Positions 49,129 through 58,979 of a stretch of DNA of 64,000 nucleotides are shown here, piece after piece (position 1 is the stretch's first letter; every line of letters starts with the position of its first letter). Where the stretch lies: positions 32,001-96,000 of the forward strand of contig CANMWZ010000011.1 of the NCBI GenBank assembly GCA_947501605.1. Direction: 5' to 3'. The position numbers were made by a program, and so were the translations under genes. The notes under the pieces are model-generated. The model did no database searches. It worked only from the letters and a program-made list of their open reading frames with translations, and was not told the origin of the DNA. The stretch is from Planctomycetota bacterium. Lineage in GTDB: Bacteria > Planctomycetota > UBA1135 > UBA2386.

Positions 49129-52100
49129 ATGCAACCAGGCGGCGACAACCTGCCGGCACACGCCGAGGACAGCGACCTGGTTCAGCGCGCGGTCGAGACC
49201 TTCATCGACCTGCGCGGCAAGCAACCCGACCTCGAGCCAAGCGCATTCGCGAGTGACTACCCGGCCAATCTGCGCAAGAAGATCAGCTCGCGCTGCCGTC
49301 ACTTCTTGCAGTTCGACGACTTCCTCGGCCACGTGCGCCATGACGACGGTCGCGACGCCGCGCCCTCTGGCCGCAAGTTCGGCGAATACGTCATCGAAGA
49401 GGAACTCGGTCGCGGCGGCATGGGCGTCGTCTATCTCGCGACCCAGCCGTCGCTGCGCCGGCGCATCGCACTGAAGGTACTGGCCAGCGGGCTGGCGCTG
49501 AGTTCGCGCCACGTCGAGCGCTTCCGGCGCGAGGCTGCCGCCGCCGCGAGCCTGCGACATCCAGCGATCGTGCCAGTGCACGGCTTCTGCGAGGTCGACG
49601 GCACCTTCGCCTTCGCGATGGACTTCGTGCCCGGCCGCAACCTCGGCGTCGTGATCGACGAACTGCGTCTGCAGAACGGCAGCACCTCGCTGGGCATCGA
49701 CGGGTCGCTCGGCCTCAAGAAGGACGGCGAACGCGACCAGAGCTACGTCGCCGAGTGTGCTCGGCTGTGCGCGCAGTTGGCCTCAGCGCTCGTGGTCGCG
49801 CACCAAGCCGGAATCGCGCACCGCGACCTCAAGCCGCGCAACATCATGATCGACGACCGACGGCAGCCGCGACTGCTCGACTTCGGTCTCGCCAAGCAAC
49901 TCGGTGACGACAGCCTCACCGGGTCGCTCGACATCACGGGCACCGTGCACTACATGAGCCCGGAGCAGACGCTGCAGAAGAAGGTCGTGCAGGACCATCG
50001 CACCGACATCTTCTCGCTCGGCGTCATCCTCTACGAACTGCTGACGCTGGCGCGGCCGTTCGACGGCAAGAACATGCAGCAGATCGTCTACGAGATCTGC
50101 TTTCGCGATCCGCTGCCGATCCACAAGCGCAACGCCCGCGTGCCGCGCGACCTCGTCACCATCTGCGACAAGGCGCTCGAGAAGGACCCTCAGAATCGCT
50201 ACCAGACGGCGGCCGAGTTCGAAGCGGATCTGCAGCGGTTCCTGCACCTCGAACCGATCCACGCGAAGCCGGCAAGCATGGCCTTGCGCCTGTCGAAGTG
50301 GGCGCAGCGCAACCGCGCCGCAGTGATCGTCGGTGGCACGCTCGCATTCGCAACCCTGGTGATCGCCGCCGCCAACGCCGCCAGTGCCGCCGAACGCGAT
50401 GCGCAGGCCCGCTTGCTGCTGCAACAAGCCGACGTCGCGGCAACTGGCGCCGACCACAGCCGGGCGATCGACCTCGCGACCGAGGCACTGAAGCTGCTAC
50501 CCGAGGACGCCACCGTGCAAGACCGGCTGAAGTTGCTGCGCAGCAACGGGGAACTCGCGGCCACGGACGATCTGCGGCGCAAGGCCGAGGCCAACGTGTT
50601 GATGCTGCGGAGCCGCCAGAAGGTGGGAGTCGAACGCGATGCCTCGCTGCGCCTCGCCTTGGAGGCCGTCGCTCTCGACGATGGGCCGGTCAGTCGTGGC
50701 GCCGTGCTGTCGGCGCTCGCTTCGGGCTACCGCACCACCGAGTTCGATGCGCTGCGCGCGACGGCGCTGATCGTGCCGAACGCCGATGGCGCAATGGTCG
50801 CAACCGTGAGTCTGTTCGGTCCAGCAAGACTGTGGGACGCGAAGACCGGCCTTGAGTTGCGCGAACTCGTCGGCCGCGACCTCGCACTCTGTGCCCGCTT
50901 TCATCCCGATGGCCTGCGAGTCGCGACCGGCGATCGCCAAGGGGCAACCTTGTGGCGCGCGACCGATGGCAAGGAACTCCGCCACTATGACCGGCCCGGG
51001 AGCGTGTATGGGGTTCACTTCGACCGCAGCGGCAAGAGGCTGTTGACCACCGACAACCTGCACCCAGAACGCACCGAGTTCGCCGTCGTCGTCTGGGACA
51101 CCGAGTCCGGCGCCGAGCTCGCCTCGATGCGCGGACCGCGCTGGTCGCAGGAATGCGCGATCAGCGACGACGGCAGCCTCGTCGCCAGCTGCGGCCAACC
51201 GGGCTACGTGCAACTCTGGCGCGCCGAGTCAGGCCAGCAGATCGCGCGTTTGCCGATCGACGGTCACGTGACCAGCCTGCACTTCGCGCCGATCGAGCGC
51301 ACTGCCGATCCGACGACTGCGCCGCGGCGCCTCGCGGTCGCCAGCAGCAGCGGTGAGGTGCGCATGTTTGCGATCCCAACCGGGGCGCTGCTGGCATCGA
51401 CGCGCTTTGGCCGCGCCGCCTTCTGCGTGCGGTTCTCGCCGGATGGCAACCATCTGCTGGCAACGGGCGCCGATGGCAGTGCGCGCGTCTTCGACGTCGC
51501 CCTTGCTGCCGACCAGCCCGACCGCGTCGTCGAGGCCGCGGCCACGCGCAAAGAGCCCGTCGCGGCTGCTGGGCTAGCACCACTGCGCGAGGAGCTGCTG
51601 CTCTCAGGCCACGGAGCCGAGGTCTTTGCTGGCGAGTACGACGCCACGGGCGGCCGCATCGTCACCGCCTGCTTTGACGGCGTGCTGCGCGTGTTCGACG
51701 CGAACAGCGGCGCGGAACGACTGCGTCACGAAGCCGGCGGGCCGCTGCATTCTGCCGCGTTCGCTCCCGGTGGACAGCGCGTGCTGTTCGAGGCCGCAGG
51801 TCGGAACACCTACGCCATCGACTTCGACGCTGCGCGCGGCATGCTCCGATTGCCGCACCGCGAATGGAGCCTCGCCGCGCGCTTCCATCCCACCCTGCCG
51901 TTGCTGTTCACGGCGGCCGGCGACCTCGATGCGTATCTCGCGGTCTGGAACACAGGTGACGGCTCTCTGCTGCGCACCATCCGCGGACTGCCGCAAGGCG
52001 ACGGCATCGTCGCACTCGAGCTCGATGCAACCGGGCAGCGCGCTGTGCTAGGGACCTTTTCAGGTCGTGCGACCGTCTTGGATCTGCAGAGTGACACCGT

Positions 52101-52824
52101 GATCTGGTCCACGCAGAACGACGACAAGCAACTGGAGTCGGCGGCCTTTTCGGCCGACGGGCGCCTGTGCGTGTTCGCCTCGCTGCGGACCGGTCGCGTG
52201 CGCGTGCGCGACGCCAGCAACGGCACGCAGGTATTGCAGCTCGACCTTCCGGCTGGGGCGCGGACTGCAGCGCTGTCCATCGACGGTGCAGTGCTCGCCA
52301 CCGCGGCGCGCGATGATGGCAGGGTGCGCCTGTGGTCGGTCAAGGACAGCGCCCCGCTCGGCGAGCTCAACGGGCACACCGGCCCAGTGCGTTCGGTGCG
52401 CTACCTTCGCGACGGTCGCCACCTGCTGACGGCGAGCGAAGACGGCACGGCCCGGTTGTGGAGCATCGACGGTGCGCTGGTGCGGACCTTCCCCGCTGGC
52501 GAACCGCTGGCGATGGCGGAGATCTCGCAGGACGGCTCGACGCTGCTTTGCGGCAACACCCTGAGCCGGGACTGCACGGTGTTCGTGTTCGACGCCACCA
52601 CCGGGGCAGAACGCTTGCGCAGCCCGATGCATGGCTCGCGCCTGCGTTCGATTGCATTGAGTGCCGACGGCCGCCTGGCGGCAACCTGCGGCTCCGAACA
52701 GTCGGCGCGCCTGTGGCCGACCGACCCGGTCGCGGTGGCGCGCCAACTGCTGCAGCAACCCGACTCTGCCGCGCCGGCGCAACGTGAGGTTGCAGCGCCC
52801 GCGCCTACCACTTCCCCACGCTGA
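49129..52824 (+). CDS. Ser/Thr protein kinase with TM segment, TPR-like helices and WD40 repeats
   Basis: LGRGGMGVVY, ALK, HRDLKPRN, DFG, YMSPEQ; hydrophobic segment; repeats such as GHTGPV...LLTASEDGTARLW. Confidence 0.93.
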   Translation: MQPGGDNLPAHAEDSDLVQRAVETFIDLRGKQPDLEPSAFASDYPANLRKKISSRCRHFLQFDDFLGHVRHDDGRDAAPSGRKFGEYVIEEELGRGGMGVVYLATQPSLRRRIALKVLASGLALSSRHVERFRREAAAAASLRHPAIVPVHGFCEVDGTFAFAMDFVPGRNLGVVIDELRLQNGSTSLGIDGSLGLKKDGERDQSYVAECARLCAQLASALVVAHQAGIAHRDLKPRNIMIDDRRQPRLLDFGLAKQLGDDSLTGSLDITGTVHYMSPEQTLQKKVVQDHRTDIFSLGVILYELLTLARPFDGKNMQQIVYEICFRDPLPIHKRNARVPRDLVTICDKALEKDPQNRYQTAAEFEADLQRFLHLEPIHAKPASMALRLSKWAQRNRAAVIVGGTLAFATLVIAAANAASAAERDAQARLLLQQADVAATGADHSRAIDLATEALKLLPEDATVQDRLKLLRSNGELAATDDLRRKAEANVLMLRSRQKVGVERDASLRLALEAVALDDGPVSRGAVLSALASGYRTTEFDALRATALIVPNADGAMVATVSLFGPARLWDAKTGLELRELVGRDLALCARFHPDGLRVATGDRQGATLWRATDGKELRHYDRPGSVYGVHFDRSGKRLLTTDNLHPERTEFAVVVWDTESGAELASMRGPRWSQECAISDDGSLVASCGQPGYVQLWRAESGQQIARLPIDGHVTSLHFAPIERTADPTTAPRRLAVASSSGEVRMFAIPTGALLASTRFGRAAFCVRFSPDGNHLLATGADGSARVFDVALAADQPDRVVEAAATRKEPVAAAGLAPLREELLLSGHGAEVFAGEYDATGGRIVTACFDGVLRVFDANSGAERLRHEAGGPLHSAAFAPGGQRVLFEAAGRNTYAIDFDAARGMLRLPHREWSLAARFHPTLPLLFTAAGDLDAYLAVWNTGDGSLLRTIRGLPQGDGIVALELDATGQRAVLGTFSGRATVLDLQSDTVIWSTQNDDKQLESAAFSADGRLCVFASLRTGRVRVRDASNGTQVLQLDLPAGARTAALSIDGAVLATAARDDGRVRLWSVKDSAPLGELNGHTGPVRSVRYLRDGRHLLTASEDGTARLWSIDGALVRTFPAGEPLAMAEISQDGSTLLCGNTLSRDCTVFVFDATTGAERLRSPMHGSRLRSIALSADGRLAATCGSEQSARLWPTDPVAVARQLLQQPDSAAPAQREVAAPAPTTSPR

Positions 52825-52850
52825 CCTGCACCCCGGTACGATCCACGGCC

Positions 52851-54716
52851 ATGACCCTCCCCCTTCACCGCACGGCAACGTTCCTCCTGCTGTCGAGCGC
52901 GCTCGCAGCCCAGATCCCGGAAGATCCGCCACCGTGGTGGGGCTACGGCGGCGACGACGAGACGGTCAGCCTGTACTGGGACTTCGCCAACTCCGTGGCG
53001 CCGCTGGTGCCGACCGCGCAGGTACTGCCAAGCTGGTACGCCCCGCCGCCTGGCCCAGGCATGTTCACCAACTCAGGCAACGTCACCTGGGTCGCCCAAG
53101 TGAACGGCCAGAGTGGCGTGCTCGGCCTCACGGGTGCGGGCTCTGGCACCATCTCGGCGCTCGTCGACAACGATCCGCAGCCGACCCACACCAAGACGGT
53201 GTTCCTGCAGTACGACTCGTTCGCCAGCAACGGCAGCGCGGTCAAGCTCACCCTGGGCAAGGACCTGCTGAAGTACAAACGACGCATCCTCGACGAGTCG
53301 AGCAAGGTGCTCGGCAACGGCTGGGTCCAAACCACCGTGAAGATGGAACTGACGCCGCAGCCTGACAGCGAGGTGGTGAGCTTCTCGCTCTTCCAGTCCG
53401 CCACAGGCCTAGCCGCCATCGACAACCTCTACGTCAATACCCACTGCGACAAGTGGGATGGCGGCAAGGAGGGCGAAGCGATCGGGGAGATCGACACGGG
53501 CTCGCTCAACATCGACCTCGGCACCGCGACCGCCGGCGCCCAATGCACGGCGGTAGCCGCGACCGAGAACCTCGCCGGCGTTCTCACGTACTGGGTCGCA
53601 GGCCGTGGCACATCGGGGGACCAACTCTTCGTACTCGGCGCCGCCGGCACGCAGGTCTCTGCACCGGTGAGTTATCCGGCCGGTGTGTCCTCACTCGAAG
53701 GCGCCTCCGACCTCGCGGTCGCCGAGATCCCGAACCCGTTGGGCACTGCGCAGACCTTCGTCTATGGCATCGTCGATCGCCGCGGCACCAACGGCACCGT
53801 TGCGATCTTCGCGGTCGATGCGAACAGCCCGACCCCGGTACTGGTTCCAGCGCGAACCGTGGTTACGGCGGCGATCACGGGCCCGGGCCCGCTCGGCCTC
53901 GCCTTCTCCCGATTCGGCAATGGCGGTCTTGGTTCGCTGTGGGTGAGTGACCAGAACGGCTTCGTCACCGAACTCACGCTCACCGGCCTGCCGGTGCGAC
54001 AACTCTCGCCGGCGCTGAACGGCACGCCAGTCGGCATCTCGGGGGCTGCGTTCGACGACAAGACGGGTCAGTTCTACTGGTTCAGCCAGGCGCCGCGCGC
54101 GACCCCGGCGGGCCTGCTGCGCATCAACGGGTTCGTCCACGACGGCTACTCGCTGCAGCGCACCGGGATCGAATGGATCGCCGACCGCAGCCTCGCGAGC
54201 CCCTTTGGCCCGGGCGGCGTGGCCCGCGGCCTGGAAGTGCTGCGGCGCAGCAACGGCGACGTGCGCCTTCTGTGCGTACAGCAGCTCGGGGTGTCCTCCC
54301 GGCTCACGGTCCTGAAGGGCCCCTTCCAGTTCGGCCTCGGTCATCTCGGTCGAATGGACATGCGCGGTGGTCTGCCCGCGTTCGGCAACGTCAACTTCCA
54401 GGCGCACCTAAGCGGCTGCCCCACCGCGGTAGCGGCCATCCTCTACCTCGGCTTCTCCAACACATTGACCGGCGGCGTGCCGCTGCCGATCGACCTGACT
54501 CCTCTGGGTCTCGACGAGAGCGATCTCGCGATCGATCCGGCCATGTCGTTCCCGCTGCAATTCTTCGCCAACGGCACTACCTCGCAACCGATCCCGCTGC
54601 CGCCGCCGAGCATCGTGTTCCAGAACGTCCCGGCGTACTTCCAATGGCTCGTGCTCGATCCGACAGCGATCACGGGCATGGCCACCTCACAGGCCGGCGA
54701 GACGATCCTCTACTGA
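52851..54716 (+). CDS. Secreted multidomain protein with shared C-terminal domain
   Basis: Signal ending ALAAQ, N-terminal PPPWWG module, propeller-like middle, C-terminal GFSNTL...PLPI..TPLG...YFQ....DP. Confidence 0.82.
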   Translation: MTLPLHRTATFLLLSSALAAQIPEDPPPWWGYGGDDETVSLYWDFANSVAPLVPTAQVLPSWYAPPPGPGMFTNSGNVTWVAQVNGQSGVLGLTGAGSGTISALVDNDPQPTHTKTVFLQYDSFASNGSAVKLTLGKDLLKYKRRILDESSKVLGNGWVQTTVKMELTPQPDSEVVSFSLFQSATGLAAIDNLYVNTHCDKWDGGKEGEAIGEIDTGSLNIDLGTATAGAQCTAVAATENLAGVLTYWVAGRGTSGDQLFVLGAAGTQVSAPVSYPAGVSSLEGASDLAVAEIPNPLGTAQTFVYGIVDRRGTNGTVAIFAVDANSPTPVLVPARTVVTAAITGPGPLGLAFSRFGNGGLGSLWVSDQNGFVTELTLTGLPVRQLSPALNGTPVGISGAAFDDKTGQFYWFSQAPRATPAGLLRINGFVHDGYSLQRTGIEWIADRSLASPFGPGGVARGLEVLRRSNGDVRLLCVQQLGVSSRLTVLKGPFQFGLGHLGRMDMRGGLPAFGNVNFQAHLSGCPTAVAAILYLGFSNTLTGGVPLPIDLTPLGLDESDLAIDPAMSFPLQFFANGTTSQPIPLPPPSIVFQNVPAYFQWLVLDPTAITGMATSQAGETILY

Positions 54717-54790
54717 TCCCATCGGTAAAGGCGACGGACTGCGGACGGACACGCACCACCCCGCCCACGGATGCGAGGCTCGCGACCGCC

Positions 54791-55717
54791 TCAGCGGCCG
54801 CCGTCAGGTCTTTGGGGATCTGAAGGCTTCTGCGGCTCGGAAGGCCGTGCCGCCTCGGCAGGCCCTTTCGGCACTGCGAGCTTCGCTTCGGCGGCAAGCC
54901 GCGCTTCGCGCTGCTGCACAAGCTCAGGCTTGTGCTTGTGGAACGTGAACTGCACCTCGGTGCCACGCGCCGGCACGTTCTCGGTCAGGGTCCAGTTCTC
55001 GTCATCGCGCGCCCGCTCGTGCTTCATCGTGCCGAGATGATTGTCCGGCGTGAGGTAGCACAAGCTCACGATGTTGCCCTCGAAGTCGGCCACGTAGACC
55101 TCAGGTTCGTTGCGATAGAGGGGGGCCATGCGACCGCCGAGGAAGATCCACTGCGCATTCGCAAGCGGTGCCTGCGCCGTCAGGTCGGCAACGAGGTCTT
55201 CGATGCAGTGCACCACCGGCTTGCCCTGGTCGTCCTTCCACGTCACGGTCATGAAGAACTCCTGGCCGGCGGGCGGTGTAATCTCGATCGGATCAGCGCC
55301 CTTTTCGATCTCCTCTAGAGACGGTGGCGGGGTCTTTTCGCGGAAGGTCGCGTTCTTGCCGGGCTCGAGCCCGAGCAGCAGCAACGCCGCATTGAGGATG
55401 CTCGGTTTGCTGTCGGTGAAGAACAGTGCCTCGTGCTTCTTACCCTTGCGATGGATGAGCAGGTACTCGATCGCGTCGGGAGGCGCGATGACCACGGCAG
55501 GCACCGTGACCGTGCCGGCCTTCAGGTCGATCGCGATCTTCTCCTTGGCGAACTGAGCCTGGATGTCGCCTGCGAGTTGCTGGCCTTCGGCAGCAGCGGC
55601 GGACTTCGGCAGCGCCGGCACTGGTTTCTGGTCCTGCCCAATGCAGCACGACGCACAACTCACGAACACGAACGAGAGGACAGCAGGCAGTGAAGTCATC
55701 ATCGGAGGGTCTTCCAC
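54791..55717 (-). CDS. Exported YdjY-like domain protein
   Basis: IEYLLI...GKKHEALF...PSILNAALLLLG, WIFLGG, EGNIVSL resemble the YdjY-domain pattern (from recall); start could be 55702 or 55699. Confidence 0.7.
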   Translation of the reverse strand: MEDPPMMTSLPAVLSFVFVSCASCCIGQDQKPVPALPKSAAAAEGQQLAGDIQAQFAKEKIAIDLKAGTVTVPAVVIAPPDAIEYLLIHRKGKKHEALFFTDSKPSILNAALLLLGLEPGKNATFREKTPPPSLEEIEKGADPIEITPPAGQEFFMTVTWKDDQGKPVVHCIEDLVADLTAQAPLANAQWIFLGGRMAPLYRNEPEVYVADFEGNIVSLCYLTPDNHLGTMKHERARDDENWTLTENVPARGTEVQFTFHKHKPELVQQREARLAAEAKLAVPKGPAEAARPSEPQKPSDPQRPDGGR

Positions 55718-58176
55718 AGGGATTCGATCGAGGTCAAGGTGGCGGCATCGCGGCCGGCCAGCTCGCGCGCGTCCAGCAAGCGTTGTCGCGCAGCAGCGGC
55801 GTCGCCGCGTTGCTGTGCCTCGTGGGCAGCGTAGAGAAAGGGCGCGGCCGCGAGTGCAGCATGCGCGTCGATGCCCATGAATGGATCACGCACGCCGAGG
55901 TGGATGCGCACGTCGACGGCGGCCTCAGCGTCGAGCAACAGATGCGAGAACGCCGAGCGCGCGGCCGTCGCCGCTTCGGCATGGCGCTGCTGCGCAGCAA
56001 GGTCTTGCGCGAGGTAGTAGGAAGCCGGGCCGACGCCTGCATTGGCTCGATCCTCGATTGCCAGCACCAGCCCAGCGGTCGCACAACCAACGGCAACGCG
56101 GAGATGCGGATCGGCTTGCAACGCTGTCCACAAGAACAAGAAGCGCTGGCGCAGCAGGCCCGAGGTGTCGTTGGTGGCCGCAAGTTCGCGCGCGTGTCCG
56201 CAGATGGCGATCGCGCGCTGCGGGTGGCGACGCAGGTGCGCGGCAATGCCCGCCACCAAAGGGAACCCGGCGCGACCGTCGCCGAACTGCTCGGCGCGCA
56301 GACGTTCGCGATCGTCGCGGCGCGGCGCGGTGAACAGCAGCCACTGCAGCAGGCTCGCGTCTTCGTCCGTCAAGGGCGAGTGCAGCGACGACATCGCCGC
56401 GTACGAGAATGCCTCCTCGGCAGCGGCGTCGACGGCAGGGCTCGCCTGCTGCTCCGCGACGAGCGCCGCGCGTTGCGGCCCGCGCATCAGCGCTTCGAAC
56501 GCCGCCTCGCGGACCTCGAGAATCGCGGCCGAGCGGCGAACGCGCACAAGCGCGGCGCTGGCTTCGGGCAGCGGGCAGAGCGACAGCCACAGCAGCAGTT
56601 CGATGCGCGTCTCGTCCTCGGTGGCAACATCGAGTTGCACCAGCAGTGCGCGCCAGCCGGCCTCGTCCAACAGCGGCCACGCGAGCCGCGCCCGTCGCGC
56701 CAACGACGCTGCCAGGGTGCCCGCGACGGCGACGACTTCGTCGGCAGGGGCGCGTTCGCCGCGCTCGGCAAGCAGCAGCAAGATCATGCGCCGCAGCTCG
56801 CGATCGGGCTCCAGTCCGTCGGAAGGCGTCCGCTGCAACAACAGCCGCAACTTGGAGGCTCCTACCGGGTCCTTGCGATGCGCCAAATGTTCGCACACTG
56901 CAACGAGCCGCCGACTCTCGCTCGCCGCCAACTCGAGCGCCATTTCAACGGCTGCATCGCCCGACTGGGCGAGTACGCGCAGCGCCGTGTCGTACACTGC
57001 GTCTTCGCCGGAGACTCTCGCCCGCAGGCTCTGCGCCAGTTGGATCACGCGAGCGTCGAGATGCGGTGACAGTTGACGCCGCTGCTGAACGAGGCACGAC
57101 AACGCCCGCAGAGCCTCGCCGTAGAACGCCTTGTCCTGAGTCAGTTGCTCATCGATCACTGCATCCGGCATGCCACGCAGGGGTCGATCGAACAGGCGAC
57201 GCCAGCGATCGGCGCCGCCGACACGCGCGAAGTCGACCATCTCCGGCACGTAGACCGCGGCTTCGAGCAAAGCCTCGAAAGCGGCGACCGCCAGCACCTG
57301 CGCCCCTGCGTCGGCTTGGTTGGCGATCGCAACTCGGAGTATTGCCGCGGCGCGGGCGCGACGTTCGTCGGTGACGAGCCATGGGCCACAGCGGCGCACC
57401 CAGCTAGGTGGCAGCACTTCGTTGCGATCGAGGCTGCTCACGAGGCGAGCCTCGAACTCCGGATCGTGCCGCCGACTGAGGAAGTCGACGATGCCGTCAG
57501 CGACTTCTGACTCGAGGGTCAGCGATAGGCTGAGCAGTTGTCGCACACCTTTTGGCGACAGCCGCTCGAACACGGGCAGCACGCGCGCGAGCGGCACTCC
57601 GCTCTGCAAGTGGCCATGCACAGTGGTCACCAACTGATCGGCCATCGCCGGCTCGAGACGTTGCACCACGAGGAGCGCCGCGCGGTCTTCGGTCGCGGCC
57701 AGTTCGCGCACGACGAAGTCCGCTTCTTGGCGCGAAAGCGGCGCGGTACGGGCCGCCAACGCAAGCACCCGTTCGAGGCCGCTCCCCGACTCGCAGCGCT
57801 CGGCCACCAGCGCGTCGAGCGACGGCCGCGGGGCAAGCGCAAGCTCGCCCAAGACGGCCACGGCGCACAGCTTGGAATGCGCGACGGCCAAACGGAGCTG
57901 GGGCGGCCAGTCGAGGATGGTGTGGCGCGCGATGCGAGCGGCGATCGCGCGCAGCGGTTCGCATTCGGCCGACAAAGCATCCGTGAGCACGGCGATGTCG
58001 AGCGCGCCCTGATCGTGCAGCCGGACGAGCGCCGCGCAGCGCGAGAGCGGTTCTTGCGCAGCATCGCGAACGCGCGCCTCGAGGGCGGCGGGCTCGATCG
58101 TCGGTTCTTGGGCAAGCAGCACGGGCGCGGCAGTCGCGAGCCATGCGAACGCCGCTAGGCCGCACCAGCGCGTCAT
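55699..58176 (-). CDS. Exported alpha-helical repeat (HEAT/TPR-like) hypothetical protein
   Basis: Signal peptide, Ala/Leu/Arg-rich helices throughout; ATGA overlap with nnrD. Confidence 0.7.
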   Translation of the reverse strand: MTRWCGLAAFAWLATAAPVLLAQEPTIEPAALEARVRDAAQEPLSRCAALVRLHDQGALDIAVLTDALSAECEPLRAIAARIARHTILDWPPQLRLAVAHSKLCAVAVLGELALAPRPSLDALVAERCESGSGLERVLALAARTAPLSRQEADFVVRELAATEDRAALLVVQRLEPAMADQLVTTVHGHLQSGVPLARVLPVFERLSPKGVRQLLSLSLTLESEVADGIVDFLSRRHDPEFEARLVSSLDRNEVLPPSWVRRCGPWLVTDERRARAAAILRVAIANQADAGAQVLAVAAFEALLEAAVYVPEMVDFARVGGADRWRRLFDRPLRGMPDAVIDEQLTQDKAFYGEALRALSCLVQQRRQLSPHLDARVIQLAQSLRARVSGEDAVYDTALRVLAQSGDAAVEMALELAASESRRLVAVCEHLAHRKDPVGASKLRLLLQRTPSDGLEPDRELRRMILLLLAERGERAPADEVVAVAGTLAASLARRARLAWPLLDEAGWRALLVQLDVATEDETRIELLLWLSLCPLPEASAALVRVRRSAAILEVREAAFEALMRGPQRAALVAEQQASPAVDAAAEEAFSYAAMSSLHSPLTDEDASLLQWLLFTAPRRDDRERLRAEQFGDGRAGFPLVAGIAAHLRRHPQRAIAICGHARELAATNDTSGLLRQRFLFLWTALQADPHLRVAVGCATAGLVLAIEDRANAGVGPASYYLAQDLAAQQRHAEAATAARSAFSHLLLDAEAAVDVRIHLGVRDPFMGIDAHAALAAAPFLYAAHEAQQRGDAAAARQRLLDARELAGRDAATLTSIESLWKTLR

Positions 58177-58979
58177 CGCAACATCTCGGCAATCGCCAGC
58201 GGCAGATCCTCAGCGGTGAGCCCCATCATCGAGGTCTGTGCCGCAACGCGATCGCCGGCCTGGCCATGCACGTGCACCGACAGACACGCGGCTTCGAACG
58301 GCTCCATGCCTTGCGCCAACAGCGCGCCGCACACCCCGGCGAGCACGTCGCCCGAACCACCGGTCGCCATGCCGGGGTTGCCAGTGTCGTTCTGGAATGT
58401 ACGCGCCCCTTCGCACACCAAGGTGCCACTGCCCTTCAGCACCGCTACCGCGCCACTCTGGGCGCTGAGTTGCAAAGCCGCGGCAAGGCGATCCCGTTGC
58501 ACCGCTTCGGTCGTGCACGCGAGCAACCGCGCGGCCTCGCCCGGGTGCGGCAACAGCACTTTCGGCGCCAGACCTGGCAACGGTCGACGCAGCGGTGCGA
58601 GCACGTTCAGGGCGTCGGCGTCGAACACGAGCGGCACTACAGCAGTCCGCAGCAGCGTCGCCACCACGCGCTTCGTCGCCGGGCTCTGACCGAGGCCGGG
58701 CCCCACCACGATCGAGGTCGCCTTGGCGACTGCCGCCGCCATCGCCCGAGCGTTGCCGCGATCGACCGTCACCGCCGCCGGCACCGCCACCATCAGCGGC
58801 GCGCACAGTGCCCTTGGCAAAGCCACGCACACGAGCCCGGCTCCGGCGCGCAACGCACCGCGGGCGCACAGGATCGCCGCCCCGAGCATGAACTCGCTGC
58901 CGGCCACGATCAGCACGGTGCCAAAGTCCCCCTTGTGCGCCACCTTCTCGCGCGGCGGCAACTTTGGCACGCGCGACAT
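58173..58979 (-). CDS. nnrD: NAD(P)H-hydrate dehydratase, stand-alone
   Basis: HKGDFG, GAGLV, GPGLG, DADAL, PHPGE, VLKG, GMATGGSGDVLAG. Start MSRVPKL (58979). Confidence 0.92.
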   Translation of the reverse strand: MSRVPKLPPREKVAHKGDFGTVLIVAGSEFMLGAAILCARGALRAGAGLVCVALPRALCAPLMVAVPAAVTVDRGNARAMAAAVAKATSIVVGPGLGQSPATKRVVATLLRTAVVPLVFDADALNVLAPLRRPLPGLAPKVLLPHPGEAARLLACTTEAVQRDRLAAALQLSAQSGAVAVLKGSGTLVCEGARTFQNDTGNPGMATGGSGDVLAGVCGALLAQGMEPFEAACLSVHVHGQAGDRVAAQTSMMGLTAEDLPLAIAEMLR

